Translations under genes and position numbers: made by a program | Shown: in pieces, positions 50,139 through 61,726 of the stretch | Layout: every line of letters begins with the position of its first letter | How positions within the stretch are numbered: the stretch's first letter is position 1 | Notes under the pieces: generated by a model | Told to the model about the DNA's origin: nothing | Databases searched by the model: none | Seen by the model: the letters and a program-made list of their open reading frames with translations, nothing else | Source of the DNA: Squalus acanthias | Lineage: Eukaryota | Assembly (NCBI GenBank): GCA_030390025.1 | Contig: CM059431.1 | Location: 116,004,001 to 116,068,000, forward strand | Direction: 5' to 3' | DNA length: 64,000 nucleotides

Positions 50139-52200
50139 AAAAAATAACAAAAAGATTGATTAAGAAAGGGAAGATAGATTATGAAAGTAAATTAGCAAAA
50201 AATATAAAAACAGATAGTAAGAGTTTTTATAGTTATATAAAAAGAAAAAGGGTGGCTAAAGTAAATGTTGGTCCCTTAGAGGATGAGACCGGGAAATTAA
50301 TGGTGGGAAATATGGAGATGGCAAAAACACTGAATGAATATTTTGTATCAGTCTTTACAGTAGAGGACACTAAGAATATCCCAACACTGGACAAACAGGG
50401 GGCTATAGGGGGAGAGGAGCTAAACACGATCAAAATCACTAAGGAAGTGGTACTCGGTAAAATAATGGGACTCAAGGCGGATAAATCACCTGGACCTGAT
50501 GGCTTACATCCTAGAGTCTTGAAGGAAGTGGCGGTAGGGATTGTAGATGCATTGGTAATAATTTTTCAAAACTCCCTGGATTCCGCTAAGGTCCCGGCAG
50601 ACTAGAAAACTGCTAATGTAACACCCTTATTTAAAAAGGGCAGTAGACAGAAGGCTGGTAACTATAGACCGGTTAGCCTAACATCTGTGGTAGGTAAAAT
50701 TTTGGAGTCCATTATTAAGGAAACAGTAACAGGACATTTGGATAATCATAATTTAATAGGACAAAGTCAGCATGGTTTTACGAAGGGGAAGTCATGTTTG
50801 ACAAATTTGCTGGAGTTCTTTGAGGAAGTAACATATAGAGTGGATAAAGGGGAACCAGTGGACGTAGTGTATTTAGACTTCCAAAAGGCATTTGACAAGG
50901 TGCCACACAAAAGATTATTGCTTAAGGTAAAAATCACGGGATTGGGGGTAATATTCTGGCATGGATAGAGGATTGGCTATCTAACAGAAAGCAAAGAGTT
51001 GGGATAAATGGTTCATTCTCAGACTGGCAATCAGTAACTAGTGGTGTTCCACAGGGGTCAGTGCTGGGTCCCCAACTCTTCACAATCTATATTAATGATT
51101 TGGAGGAAGGGACCAAGTGTAACATATCAAAATTTGCAGATGATACAAAGATGGGAGGGAAAGTAGTGAGTGAGGAGGACATAAAAAACCTGCAAGGGGA
51201 CATGACAGGCTAAGTAAGTGGGCAGAGATTTGGCAGATGGAATACAACACTGGAAAGTGTGAGGTGATGCACTTTGGCAGGAAAAATCCTAGAGCAATTT
51301 ATTATCTTAATGGCAAGAAACTGGAGAGTACTGAAGTGCAAAGGGATCTGGGGGTCCTGGTGCACGAAACTCAAAAGGTTAGTATGCAGGTGCAGCAAGT
51401 GATTAAGAAGGCAAATGGAATGTTGGCTTTCATTGCTAGGGGGATAGAATATAAAAATAGGGAGGTATTGCTTCAGTTGTACAAGGTATTGGTGAGACCG
51501 CACCTGGAATACTGCATACAGTTTTGGTGTCCTTACTTAAGGAAAGACATCCTTGCTCTCGAGGCAGTGCAAAATAGGTTCACTCGGTTAATCCCGGGGA
51601 TGAGGGGGTGGTTATATGAGGAGAGGTTGGGTAGATTGGGACTCTACTCATTGGAGTTCAGAAGAATGAGAGGCGATCTTATTGAAACATATAAGATTGT
51701 GAAGGGGTTGGATCGGGTGGATGCGGGGAGGATGTTCCCGATGACGGGTGAGACTAGAACTAGGGGACATAGTCTTAGAATAAGGGGCTGCTCTTTCAAA
51801 ACTGAGATGAGGAGGAACTACTTCACTCAGAGGGTGGTAGGTCCATGGAATATGCTGCCACAAAAAGCTGTAGAAGCTACAACATTAATTAAATTTAAAA
51901 CAGAAATAGACAGTTTCCTAGAAGTAAAGGGCATTAAGGGTTGCGGGGAGCGGGCAGGAATTTGGACATGAGTCTAGGTTCGGATCGGTCATGGCCCTGT
52001 GGGTAGTGGAGCGGGCCCAGGGACCGTGTAGCCTGATTCTGCTCCTATTTCGTGTGTGCAATTCTGTTAGATGCAGGAGATGGTTCTGTGATAGATAGTA
52101 GATTGGCGGTTAGGATCAGATCAGCCATGATCTTATTGAATGGCGGAGCAGGCTCGAGGGGCCGATTGGCCTACTCCTGCTCCTATTTCTTATGTTCTTA
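50139..52200 (+). mobile_element. 5'-truncated CR1 LINE inserted in the 3' UTR of the preceding CR1
   Basis: ORF2 pieces 50139-50605, 50687-50968, 51237-51971 (ends GERAGIWT*). Has its own 3' UTR and tail, followed by the host CR1 tail. Confidence 0.9.
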
Positions 52201-52289
52201 TGAATGGTGGAGCAGGCCCGAGGGACCGTATGGTCTACTGCTGCTTCTATTTCTTATGTTCTTACATGTTTTTATGTATCTGTCAACTT

Positions 52290-53660
52290 ATTTAAGGTTG
52301 CAGACATTTTGACATCCAGAGTCTGCATGGTGGTGTTCAAGGCGTGCATGGACTCATTTGATTAGAGCGTATGATGGTCCATGGCACTGGCCACTCTATC
52401 CATGGAAGAAGGCATCATCTCAGTGGCCTGCAACATTGCCTCCCTAATGCTTGAGGTGGACTCCTCCAATCTCTCTGCAATCGTGGTGATTCCACTTTGA
52501 AGGCCTGTCAGTGCATTGCACAATGTCTGCTCAATGATTCTCCTCTTCATCGATGGCCCTCGGGGTACAGCATCTGTGTCCAGCTGAGAAGAGCTTGGAG
52601 AGGGCTGCACCCTCCAAAACGACTCTCCACTGCTGTCCCCGACTCCACTATCTGCTCTTGCTCACTTGTGAATTGTGAGTCACCAGGTGAAAACCCAACT
52701 ATCTGTCTTACTGGTCCCACCGAAATGTGAGTATCTGATATGGTGCATGGTCTGAGTGAGTCCTGTGACGGTGCACCCTCAGAAGGACTCAGCTCCTCTG
52801 AAGACTTGTCGCCCGCCACCTCCACCAACTCCTGCTGCACAAGTGAAGGTCCTGTGGGAGATAAAATACATGAATTAGTAGTGGCAAGGTAACAATGATG
52901 AAGATGATCATATTTCACTCGCTGTTGAACCCAAGTCAACATGACTGAGTGCCGTATGACATGCGGATGGCTTTTAATTTTGTCACCAGGGAGCTTGGAG
53001 CTCCCTGTCTCACCATCTCCGACAGCCAGTGATGCCATAACTCCACTGATCTCCAGTGTCTCCTCCTCTGTAGTTGTTAGCTGCGTGATCTGTGGAGGGT
53101 CTCCTCCAGTTCTCTCCCTGTCCCTTGTGTTCTGTGCTCTCTTCTCCTGCAAGGAGAAAAAGAAGAGACATACGAGTGAGTGTCATGGCATGTGTTCATC
53201 CGATGGATGGAGTGCATTTGGTGAGGGTGACTATGAGGGATAAGGGTGAGTGGGCATGGTTGCTGGATAGCTGGGGAATGTGAGGAAATGGATACAAAGA
53301 GAATGATGGGTGCACCTGTAAGGTAAGTGGCTGTGAGGAGCGATGTAGGCTTGAGAAGGCAGATTGAGCCAATGGCGTGATGTGGACATCAGGATGTAGG
53401 TGAATGTGGCACTGTACTCACCTTGCCTGCCCTGCTTAGGTCATTAATCTGCCTTCTGCATTGAATCCAAGAGCATGGCACCACACTCCTGCTGCTGACC
53501 TTCACGGCAACCACCAACCATGCCTTCTTTGTCTCAGTAGCAGGCTTCTTCCTCCTATTGCTAGGGAAGAGTATCTCCCTCGGCTCCTCACAGCCCCCTG
53601 CAGCACATCCAGGGAGGTGTCCGTGAAGCAGGGCGCAGCCTTTGCCCATCTCAACTCCAT
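52290..53660 (-). pseudogene. Harbinger Myb/SANT-like gene, 3 exons, frameshifted and 3'-truncated
   Basis: Exon 1 53660-53422 (MELRWAKAAPCF..WIQCRRQINDLSRAGK|gtgagt). Exon 2 53146-52987 (160 nt). Exon 3 from 52851. Confidence 0.85.
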
Positions 53661-53889
53661 TGCAACACTTCCAGTTCTCTGACAGCCAACTCCAGCTCCT
53701 TCAACTTGCATGTTTGGATCGTCCCTTTAAATACTATAGTTGAGATCGCGTCATGCGAATCGACATCACACCCGCTGCTGCTGATTGGACGGGAAGCCCG
53801 GAAGGAAAATGATAATGAGGCGGCTGAGTTAAAAAGCCACTGACAGACGCGCTTAACATATTTCCGGGTTCCTACATGCTACCGGACAT

Positions 53890-54005
53890 ACCCCCCCCGC
53901 CCCCCACACCCCCCCGCCCCCCCCCCCACGCCCCCACACCCCCCCGCCCCCACCACCCCCACGCCCCCCACACCTCCCCAGCCCCCCACACCCCCCACGC
54001 CCCTC
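53890..54005. repeat. C-rich low-complexity tract (G-rich on the minus strand)
   Basis: Repeated C5-C10 runs separated by a/g/aca. Confidence 0.85.
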
Positions 54006-54578
54006 GCTCCCAATGCATCTGCATATTAACATCCAGCCCTTTGATACCGATTGGACGATTCTTGACTGTCATTCAAACAGCCTTTTTCCCATCTCAGATA
54101 TTTTTTATAACTAATAAATAAAAGTGTTCAAAGAAAATGAAAACAAACCCACAATTTTGAATGCCCTTATGATTTTCTTCAGGGTTGCTCATAGCAGCGT
54201 TGTGGAGATTAATCTTCAATTCTCGGGACTCCAGGGCAATCCTGGAGGGGTGGCAACCTTACTTGAAACATATCCAAACCATCGCAGTTGTCTTTCTTGG
54301 ATCTTCTGTGTAAGCAATGTTTCTTGTCCAAGCCATGTTCTTATTATATCATTCTTAATTCTTTGCATCCGGATATGGCCAATATTCCTCTCAACCAACT
54401 CATCTCTGCTGTTAGTATCTATTCCTTGTCAACTTTTCTCATCTTCCAACACTCAGACTGTATAATAATATGGTGATATTTTTCATTATTAATGTTTTTT
54501 AAATTTTAAGTGCTTATCAAGGCAAAGGATGTTAATGCCGAGAACTGGAACCCAGTGTCGGCATCAAGCTCTCCCAGG

Positions 54579-55073
54579 TCACCTCCGTTCAGTCCGTAAG
54601 GGTGACCCCGAGCTTCCGGTCGCCTGTCACTTTAATTCTCCGCTCCACTCCCACTCTGACCTCTCTGTCCTCGGCCTCTTACACTGTTCCAATGAAGCTC
54701 AACGTAAGCTCGAGGAACAGCATCTCATCTTTCGATTAGGCACTTTACAGCCTTCTGGGCTCAACATTGAGTTCAACAATTTCAGGCAATAACCTCGGCC
54801 CCTATTTTTTCACATGGCAGTTGTTGATGATTCTGCCATCCACATTTGCAACATTTAACCACTCCTGCCTTCCACCCGATCACAGACCGTTCCTTTTGTT
54901 CTTTCTACCCCTCCCCCTCTCCCTGCCTCTGCACCTGCTTAAAACCTGTTGAATCTCTAACTTTTTCCAGTTCTGACGAAGGGTCACAGACCTGAAACGT
55001 TAACTCTGTCTCTCTCTGCACGGATGCTGCCTGGCCTGCTGAGTGTTTCCAGCATTTTCTGTTGTTATTTCAG
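54579..55073 (+). mobile_element. Penelope-like retroelement 3' fragment (GIY-YIG C-terminus plus terminal repeat, family A)
   Basis: HLRSV..LPVACHFNS..HSHSDL..RKLEEQHLIFRLGTLQPSGLNIEF..* (to 54792), then a pyrimidine-rich spacer and the family A repeat. Confidence 0.88.
54969..55005 (+). ncRNA. Minimal type I hammerhead ribozyme motif in the Penelope terminal repeat
   Basis: agtt-CTGACGA-a-GGGTC(aca)GACCT-GAA-ACGT-T-aact. Predicted cut after 55001 (GUU). Confidence 0.78.
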
Positions 55074-55385
55074 GCACAGCACTGCCAGGTACAGAGTAAA
55101 GCTCCCTTAACTCTAACCCCAACAACATCCCTCAGCTCCTGAGGAGCAGCTCTCCACTGCACCAGTATGACTTTTGTTTCATTTTCCATGCCAGCCATCC
55201 TGCAATCTCTCTAAGTGAGTTTAATAGACTAATGCCCTGCAGGAACTAGATAAGACTACTCAGACTCATTTCAAAGAGGTGCCTTGCAGTTAGCAAACAG
55301 AGGAATTCAACCCATCAATCTGGCCTGGATTTGAACTTAGGTCGCTGAGGTAAAAGGCCAGTAAAGCCTACTGTACCACCCAGGT
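55071..55385 (-). mobile_element. tRNA-headed SINE resembling LF-SINE
   Basis: Reverse strand has B-box-like agttcaaatcc, ccttttacctc and tgaaatgagt..agttcct blocks. The tail appears to continue at ~54550-54578 beyond the Penelope insert. Confidence 0.5.
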
Positions 55386-55758
55386 TTCCGGTGATGGAGT
55401 CAATCCATTTATTAATGCTTCTGCTCAAATAGCAGTGCAAAATTTCAGGCCAATGTTCATGCACTAGTGTTCAATGCCATAATTTCAGGGACAGAATGTA
55501 GCAACCTCAGTGATTTACTTGTGAAATTCACTGGCGAGTGTAGGAGAGTGTATAATACAATAGGATAAAGAACTTAACAACACAGAAGTCAGTATTAATA
55601 TCTTTGTATTATGAGAATGTATTCTGTGTGACAGAGGCTAACATTAGGTCCTTAGGATTCCTCAGCAGAATGCTAGGTAATCAGGAGGTGTCAGGTTAAT
55701 GCACTTTAAGAAGCATCACAGGGCTTGTGTAAGAATTATAGCTAATTTGGAGACAACA

Positions 55759-55932
55759 GGGTTAATTTTAAGTTTTGGCGATAGTGTAAAACGGGTGTTA
55801 TTTGATCGGATGTCTGTTATACATCTCTCCCCATTTTCCTTTCCATGACTTCAATAAAGAGGAAAATCGGGAGAGGTGTATAATAGGTGGCTGATCCGTT
55901 TTACGCTATTGCTAAAAGTTAAAATTACCCCC
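55759..55932. mobile_element. Palindromic MITE
   Basis: GGGTTAATTTTAA..ATAGTGTAAAACGG / CCGTTTTACGCTAT..TTAAAATTACCCC. Whole element is an imperfect hairpin. Confidence 0.7.
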
Positions 55933-57740
55933 AACATGTTTAGGTTTCAGTTGTTGTTATTCTGGTAAGGTGTAATGTTTATAACCTTGCAAAATTGTGT
56001 TATCGCCTACATAAAGATTACCCACAATCCAGTGAGAATGGGGTGTAGCTATTGTGACGTTGCCATCTACTGGTGTAGTAGCATATGATACATAAAGATC
56101 ACATGACAACAATCTCCAAATTGATAGGTTCATAGTAAGTCATCTGACATTGTTCATCTCGGTGCATAAATCGGCTCACTTTCAGTAATTCTTTGATATT
56201 TCATGCTGAGAACTTGCCTTGATTGGTCAGTAGTTTGCAGACCTCAATGGATATCCTACTTGCAAGTATGGATGTATAACTACTGTACTCTCTATCGATA
56301 TTAATAAAAATAACTAGTTGATTGACCTCTGGCATCCAAACCTATATAATTTGTATTAATCTACTTGATTGATCTAACACCGCGTATGGAACTGAGCCAT
56401 AAAATGTTAAATTGGCTTCAGTAAACCGGAAGTAAAGACCTTCAGCTGATTCTTGAAGCATTGCGAAAGAGATTTTTGCACCATGTTAGGTGACACTGGT
56501 GATGAAGTTGATGTATGTGTATGAGGGTGGGTGGGGGATGGTTTGAGCCAGGCATATGGAGTACTCCATTTGTTTTGCCAAATTTTGGTTTGAACATGCC
56601 CGGTGGCACTTACAGAATCCAGCAGAAGTGGAATCATCCAATGTGTAACATGCTGGGAGTGAGTGAAGAGGCATTGTTTTAATGTTATTTAATTTGCCTT
56701 TTATACTGCTCTTGCAATAAACCAGCGTAAGAACATTTACAGTCAGCCAAGGAAGTAGACTTTCATCTCAGTACACTGTATTAGATTTGAGATGAAAGGA
56801 CAATGTTCTAACACATTGCACCATGCAGTCTTTGGTGTGTTCTTAAATGAAAAGAACATTGCTGGAAAGAAAAATAACTCTTCTCATATTTCCACAAAAA
56901 AACCTTTAAACTAACATAATGAGTCCCCCTCCCCCACCCCCACCCCCAGATTTACACACACACACACACTGTGAGTAACAATTCCCTTCTGGCATTCAAG
57001 CTGTGTGCATAGGCAGTGTAGAAGCTTGCCAGAAACCATATTAAGCAGTAATTTTAATATTAAATTGAAATTACTGATTAATGATGCAGTGCAAAGTCAG
57101 GATGAAATGATACATTTATGCTGAGGTCCAAAAATATGCTGCCAATGTCATCTCCATCAAACATCAGACCCTCTGCTTTTCAAATTAATCATCTTTCCAG
57201 TAACACGGTGAAATGCAATTGATGCAATGTCTTCAATTTATTAAATCAGCTGCAGAGATGGTTGTGATCCCGGTTAAGCCAAAATATCTAATTACTGCCG
57301 TGAGATTCGATGATCTAAGAACAGAAAGCAAGAAACTTCATTAAAGGGTTGGGTCTGTGAGTGCGGCAACTATATAGACGTTGAGACACTGGGGAGATTA
57401 AAATGTTATTACTATTGTACCACTTATAACTGTATGTTGGTGTTATTGTCTGCTGTGTTAAACTAATTCAGATGCACACAAAACATGGGCTGTATTTTGA
57501 TCACGTTATTAGCCGTGGCAATAGATTTTTGGATTTGTACTGCATACAAATCTGGAAGTGGGGCCGGTGGGGGGTGGGGGGGTGGGGCAGAGAAGAAAAG
57601 TCTGTTTTATTTTCAATTTTCTCCATTATCCCTGAAAGTAAGGACTCCTTGCTGGGGTATGGCTGCTCCCTTGTACCTCACCCCAAATAAGTATTCCCCT
57701 TGTTTAAGCTTTGACAGTAAGCATCAGTAGGTCAGTGAAT

Positions 57741-57885
57741 TCTAGGGGAATCAAGGGATATGGGGATCAGGCGGGAAAGTGGAGTTGAGGTCGAAGATCA
57801 GCCATGATCTTATTGAATGGCGGAGCAGGCTCGAGGGGCCATATGGCCTACTCCTGCTTCTAATTCTTATGCTCTTTTGTTCTTA
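57741..57885 (+). mobile_element. CR1 3'-end stub
   Basis: Matches 50075-50138 plus 52120-52200. Confidence 0.85.
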
Positions 57886-58146
57886 TTTGACTGTGTGAGT
57901 TCTTTTTTTACAGCTAAGCTTGAGCCTGTCCTCATTGGATATGCATATATGCCCATTTCCAGCAAGACTCATTGAATTGCAATCTGGAACAGGAGACTTG
58001 GCTGATTTTCGCCCACCCTAACACAGCAGGCTGAGGCCAATTAGAGCATCCCTACCGATTCCTCCGGCTGAGGTTAACTAACTCGGCACAGACCTTCCTT
58101 GCCTCTGTGGCTCAGATGTTTAGTGAGTAAATGAGCAGCCAGGAAG

Positions 58147-58579
58147 AAAAAAAAAGAATGAACTTGCATTTATATAGCGCCTTTCATGACCTCAGGACAT
58201 CCCAAAGCGCTTTACAGTCAGTGAAGTACTTTTTGAAGTATAGTCACTGTTGTAGTGTAGGAAACGCAGCAGCCAATTTGCACACAGCAAGCTCCCACAA
58301 ACAGTAATGTGATAATGACCAGATCATTTGTTTTTTAGTGACGTTGGTTGAGCGATAAATATTGGCCAGGACACCGGGGAGAACTTCCTTGCTCTTCTTC
58401 GAAATAGTGCCATGGGATCCTTTACGTCCACCTGAGAGGGCAGACAGGGTCTCGGTTAAACATCTCACCCGAAAGACGGCTCCCTCAGTACTGCTGAGAT
58501 TTTGTGCTGTGGTCTCCGGAGTGGAACCCACAACCTTCTGACTCAGAGGCGAGAGTGCTATCACTGAGCCACGGCTGAC
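58147..58579 (-). mobile_element. Full-length DeuSINE (SacSINE1-like)
   Basis: Reverse complement of the 25198-25645 family. Confidence 0.85.
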
Positions 58580-58926
58580 ATCCAATGAACAGTACTGATG
58601 GACCACTAAGATGTCGCTAATGTAAGTTAAAGATTTTCCTCGGATACACCTGGCCAGTGCTGCTAGAGATGCACCAGTTGAAATATAGTGCAAGTCATAA
58701 AATATCCCAGGATTGGAAATTACAGTTACAGACCTTTGACCCCCCAATGGGGGTGGGGTTCCCAACTATTTTCATCCCATTTAGGTTTCTTTTGGTGTTC
58801 CATAACAAGGCAGAGGATGATCATTTAAACATCTTTCCTCAGCCAGCACCCTGTTGTAATTCCAACATGCCTCAAAAATAGAACTAAACTATGTTAGGAA
58901 TAATAATTGAACAATGTTAATCTGCA

Positions 58927-59070
58927 ATTTCGTCACGAAAGGTCATCGACCTGAAACGTTAACTCTGTTTCTCTTTCCACAGATGCTGCCTGACCTGCTG
59001 AGTATTTCCAGCATTTTCTGTTTTCATTTCAGATTTCCAGCATCCGCAGTATTTTGCTTTGGTATTAGTA
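58927..59070 (+). mobile_element. Family A Penelope-derived element with an 8-nt inverted arm
   Basis: tttcgtca|cgaaaggtcatcgacctgaaacgtt.. TSD TTAATCTGCA at 58917-58926 and 59071-59080. Confidence 0.8.
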
Positions 59071-59544
59071 TTAATCTGCACATTTCCCCAATAACACAGT
59101 GAATGAATATATCACATGATGCACTACTGACTGAAATATACCAGGAAGTTTACAGGCTTGATCCCTGGTTTGTGCAAAATGATCTGTCTTTTTAGCAGAT
59201 TTAGGAGTGCAGTAGTGATATTACAATTAATTTCCTTCATCGTCTTTGGACCTTGCCACAAGATTGGCTCGCTTTGCCACTGACTCCATCTTGTCCCCAG
59301 CTACTCTCTCGTCTAAACCAGACCCCTTCTGTGTCTTCTCACCACCTTCTAACAATTTGCACATTCTTTTGTCCTTTCTATACGTCTGTATTGTCTCATT
59401 GATGACCTTTTATATCACCTAACCTTTTTCCATTAAGCAATTTGTAGGTCATTTAACATATTAAATCTCTGTGAGGATTCTATTTTTCCACCCTTACCTT
59501 TTAGCTCCAAATTTAACCTGGGCAGGTTTGTGGGGTGGGTGGGT

Positions 59545-60172
59545 GCGAGGTTTCGAGTACAGGAGCAAGGATGTCTTGCTGCAGTTGTACAGGGCCTTGG
59601 TGAGACCACGCCTTGAGTATTGTGTGCAGTTTTGGTCGCCTTATCTGAGGAAGGATGTTCTTGCCATGGAGAGAGTGCAGCGAAGATTCACCAGACTGAT
59701 ACCTGGAATGGCAAGAATGACGTATGAGGAGAGATTGGGTCGATTAGGCTTATATTCGCTAGAGTTTAGAAGAATGAGAGGGGATCTCATTGAACCTTAT
59801 AAAATTCTACCAGGACTAGACAGACTAGATGCAGGAAGGATGTTCCTGATGGCAGGGGAGTCCAGAACCAGTGGTCACAGCCTAAGGATAAGGGGTAAGC
59901 CATTTAGGACTGAGAAGAGCAGGAATTTCTTCACCCAGAGAGTGGTGAACCTGTGGCATTCTCTACCACACAAGGCAGTTGAGGCCAATTCATTAAATAT
60001 ATTCAAGAAGGAGTTAGATATATTTCTTAAGGCTAAAGGGATCAAGGGACATGGGGAGAAAGCAGGGACAGGGTACTGAATTTGGATGATCAGCCATGAT
60101 CTCATTAAATGGCGGAACAGGCTCGAGGAGCCGAATGGCCTACTCCTGCTCCTATCTTCTATGTTTCTATGT
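59545..60172 (+). mobile_element. 5'-truncated CR1 LINE
   Basis: RGFEYRSKDVLLQLY..GEKAGTGY* (to 60079) plus tail ttctatgtttctatg. Confidence 0.92.
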
Positions 60173-61726
60173 TGAGGCAGCTGGGTGTGGTATGGTGTGG
60201 GACCTGAGTCATTTTGATGGCTGGGCCTCATTTAAATTTTCTACATTGTCTTCTGCCTGAAGTCGGCGGGACTGATCTAAAAGCTGGCAGGAGGGAGCAG
60301 AAAATCGGGCAGGGGGCCAATACTGCTGGGGCCCAAGGGGAATTGTCCCTGGCATAAGGTTAGTGCTAGGGAAGGGGGTCACCAAAGAGCTACTGTTGGT
60401 GGGAGGGAGAGGGAAGGCCAGGCATGGGAGGCCCAAGGATTCCTTGTGGGGTCCAGTGGAGCCCTCCTGGCCCATAAGGAATCCTCACAAACGATTAAAA
60501 AAAATAAAACTTACACTCTGCTGCCTCCCGCCAGGTTTTGCTAGTGTGTTTGGCGCCCTATGGGCCTCCAGGGATTTCAAGTTAAAATTGCGGCCCTGCG
60601 GTGATGATATCATTGGGCTGCGACTCTCCTATTTTAATTAGGCTCCCATCTGCCTGTCACGGGCGGCCTCTGCGCTGCCAGAATTCTGTCAGTTAAAATG
60701 GCGGGGGGGGGGGGGGGCGGTGTGGAGGGGGAGGGCAAGCTGCAGGAACACATTAGCTTCCGCCCAGCCATCATTTTAACCCCCAGCCCACACTGTTCCT
60801 GCTGGGCGTGCTGCGTTACAAGCGGGACTTTTCTCTTTACAGATGCTGACTGATTTGTTGCGTAACTTCAGCATTTTCTGCTTTTTTTAAATTTCAGATT
60901 TCCAGCTTTAACGGTTTTGTCCCTTTTACTTTTCATCGAAGAGTACAACAGCAGCGGCCTTTCAGCACCTATTGGCCTGTCTATGGCCATTAAGGCTCTT
61001 TTGGTGTTACTGCAGTGTAATTATGAATAGCTACAGTCCAACCCTCTGAATGCATTTTCAACTTTTTTTCTATTACTTTACGGTCAACAGTAAATTAAGA
61101 TTATGCAAAGAACATAAAGTGTAATAATTAAAATTAAACAATTTAAGCACCAGGAACGATCCACTTGGCCTCATTAATCAGAATGTTTCATTTCGGAAAG
61201 AAGCTCAGGAAGACATGTCAGAAAATGACATTGAATTCCCTCGACTAGAATTATTCCAAAAATTCAAAAAGAGGAATGGTGACAATGTGGAAATAGTATC
61301 AAAAGACACTAGAAAGCCGGGAAAAAGATGCCACCTGCAAGATCCTCCAGAGGTTTTTCTTACAACAGTATGAAGTCACCCTTGGTTTCACCATAAATAC
61401 TTGAAGTGACAGATAGTCTCCTCCCACATTTTAGCGTATTAGGAGGCAGGGAGTATGATGTGGGCTGGAGACCAAACATGCTTCAAATGCTGTTCATAGT
61501 GGTTACCACAAGTTGCACTGCAGCATTACATCGCTGTTTGCAGCTTTAATTGTATTTATCCCTGTTTATCCCTTTACGGTGAATTAATGTCATGCATATT
61601 ATTTGAGCAAACACTTGTTCGATTCCAAAAACTGCAAAGAGGAGTCAATGCATCAAGAGGTTAAAAAGGGCAAACATCAGTTCTTTGTAAGTATAATTGT
61701 TCTTTCAGTGTGGAAGGTGAATAATA

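Larger units (their letters stand above)
40230..52265 (+). mobile_element. Full-length CR1 LINE split by four insertions (pieces 40230-42383, 43126-44226, 45956-46662, 50063-50138, 52201-52265)
   Basis: ORF1, APE (41379-41975) and RT (43345-44226, 45956-46660) are collinear once the inserts are removed. Confidence 0.9.
37015..54039. mobile_element. PIF/Harbinger transposon interrupted by ~13.9 kb of nested elements
   Basis: TIR GGGGTGGATTTTAACA / TATTAACATCCAGCCC, TSD TTT (37012-37014, 54040-54042). Transposase (+) at left, Myb gene (-) at right. Confidence 0.85.
36859..54261. mobile_element. hAT-type MITE (~375 bp of its own sequence) expanded by nested insertions
   Basis: TIR TAGGGTTGCCA / TGGCAACCTTA. 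Perfect 8-bp TSD CTTGAAAC at 36851-36858 and 54262-54269. Confidence 0.85.
36630..54450 (-). mobile_element. Old RTE-clade LINE 3' fragment, split in two (36630-36858 and 54270-54450)
   Basis: Joined reverse strand reads IKNDIIRTWLG..KIQERQLRWFGYVS|RMERAG..GTRNQG..RPRKRWIDNVKSDL, a typical RTE C-terminus. A ~45-bp CR1 tail is inserted at 36738-36783. Confidence 0.7.

Noticed and set aside
49148..50605. 485-aa ORF with VVQGSAA repeats
   Set aside because: Chimeric frame across the antisense minisatellite, a Harbinger end and two different CR1s.
61215..61373. Short open frame MSENDIEFPRLELF..
   Set aside because: 52 codons, no recognisable homology or clear splice signals.
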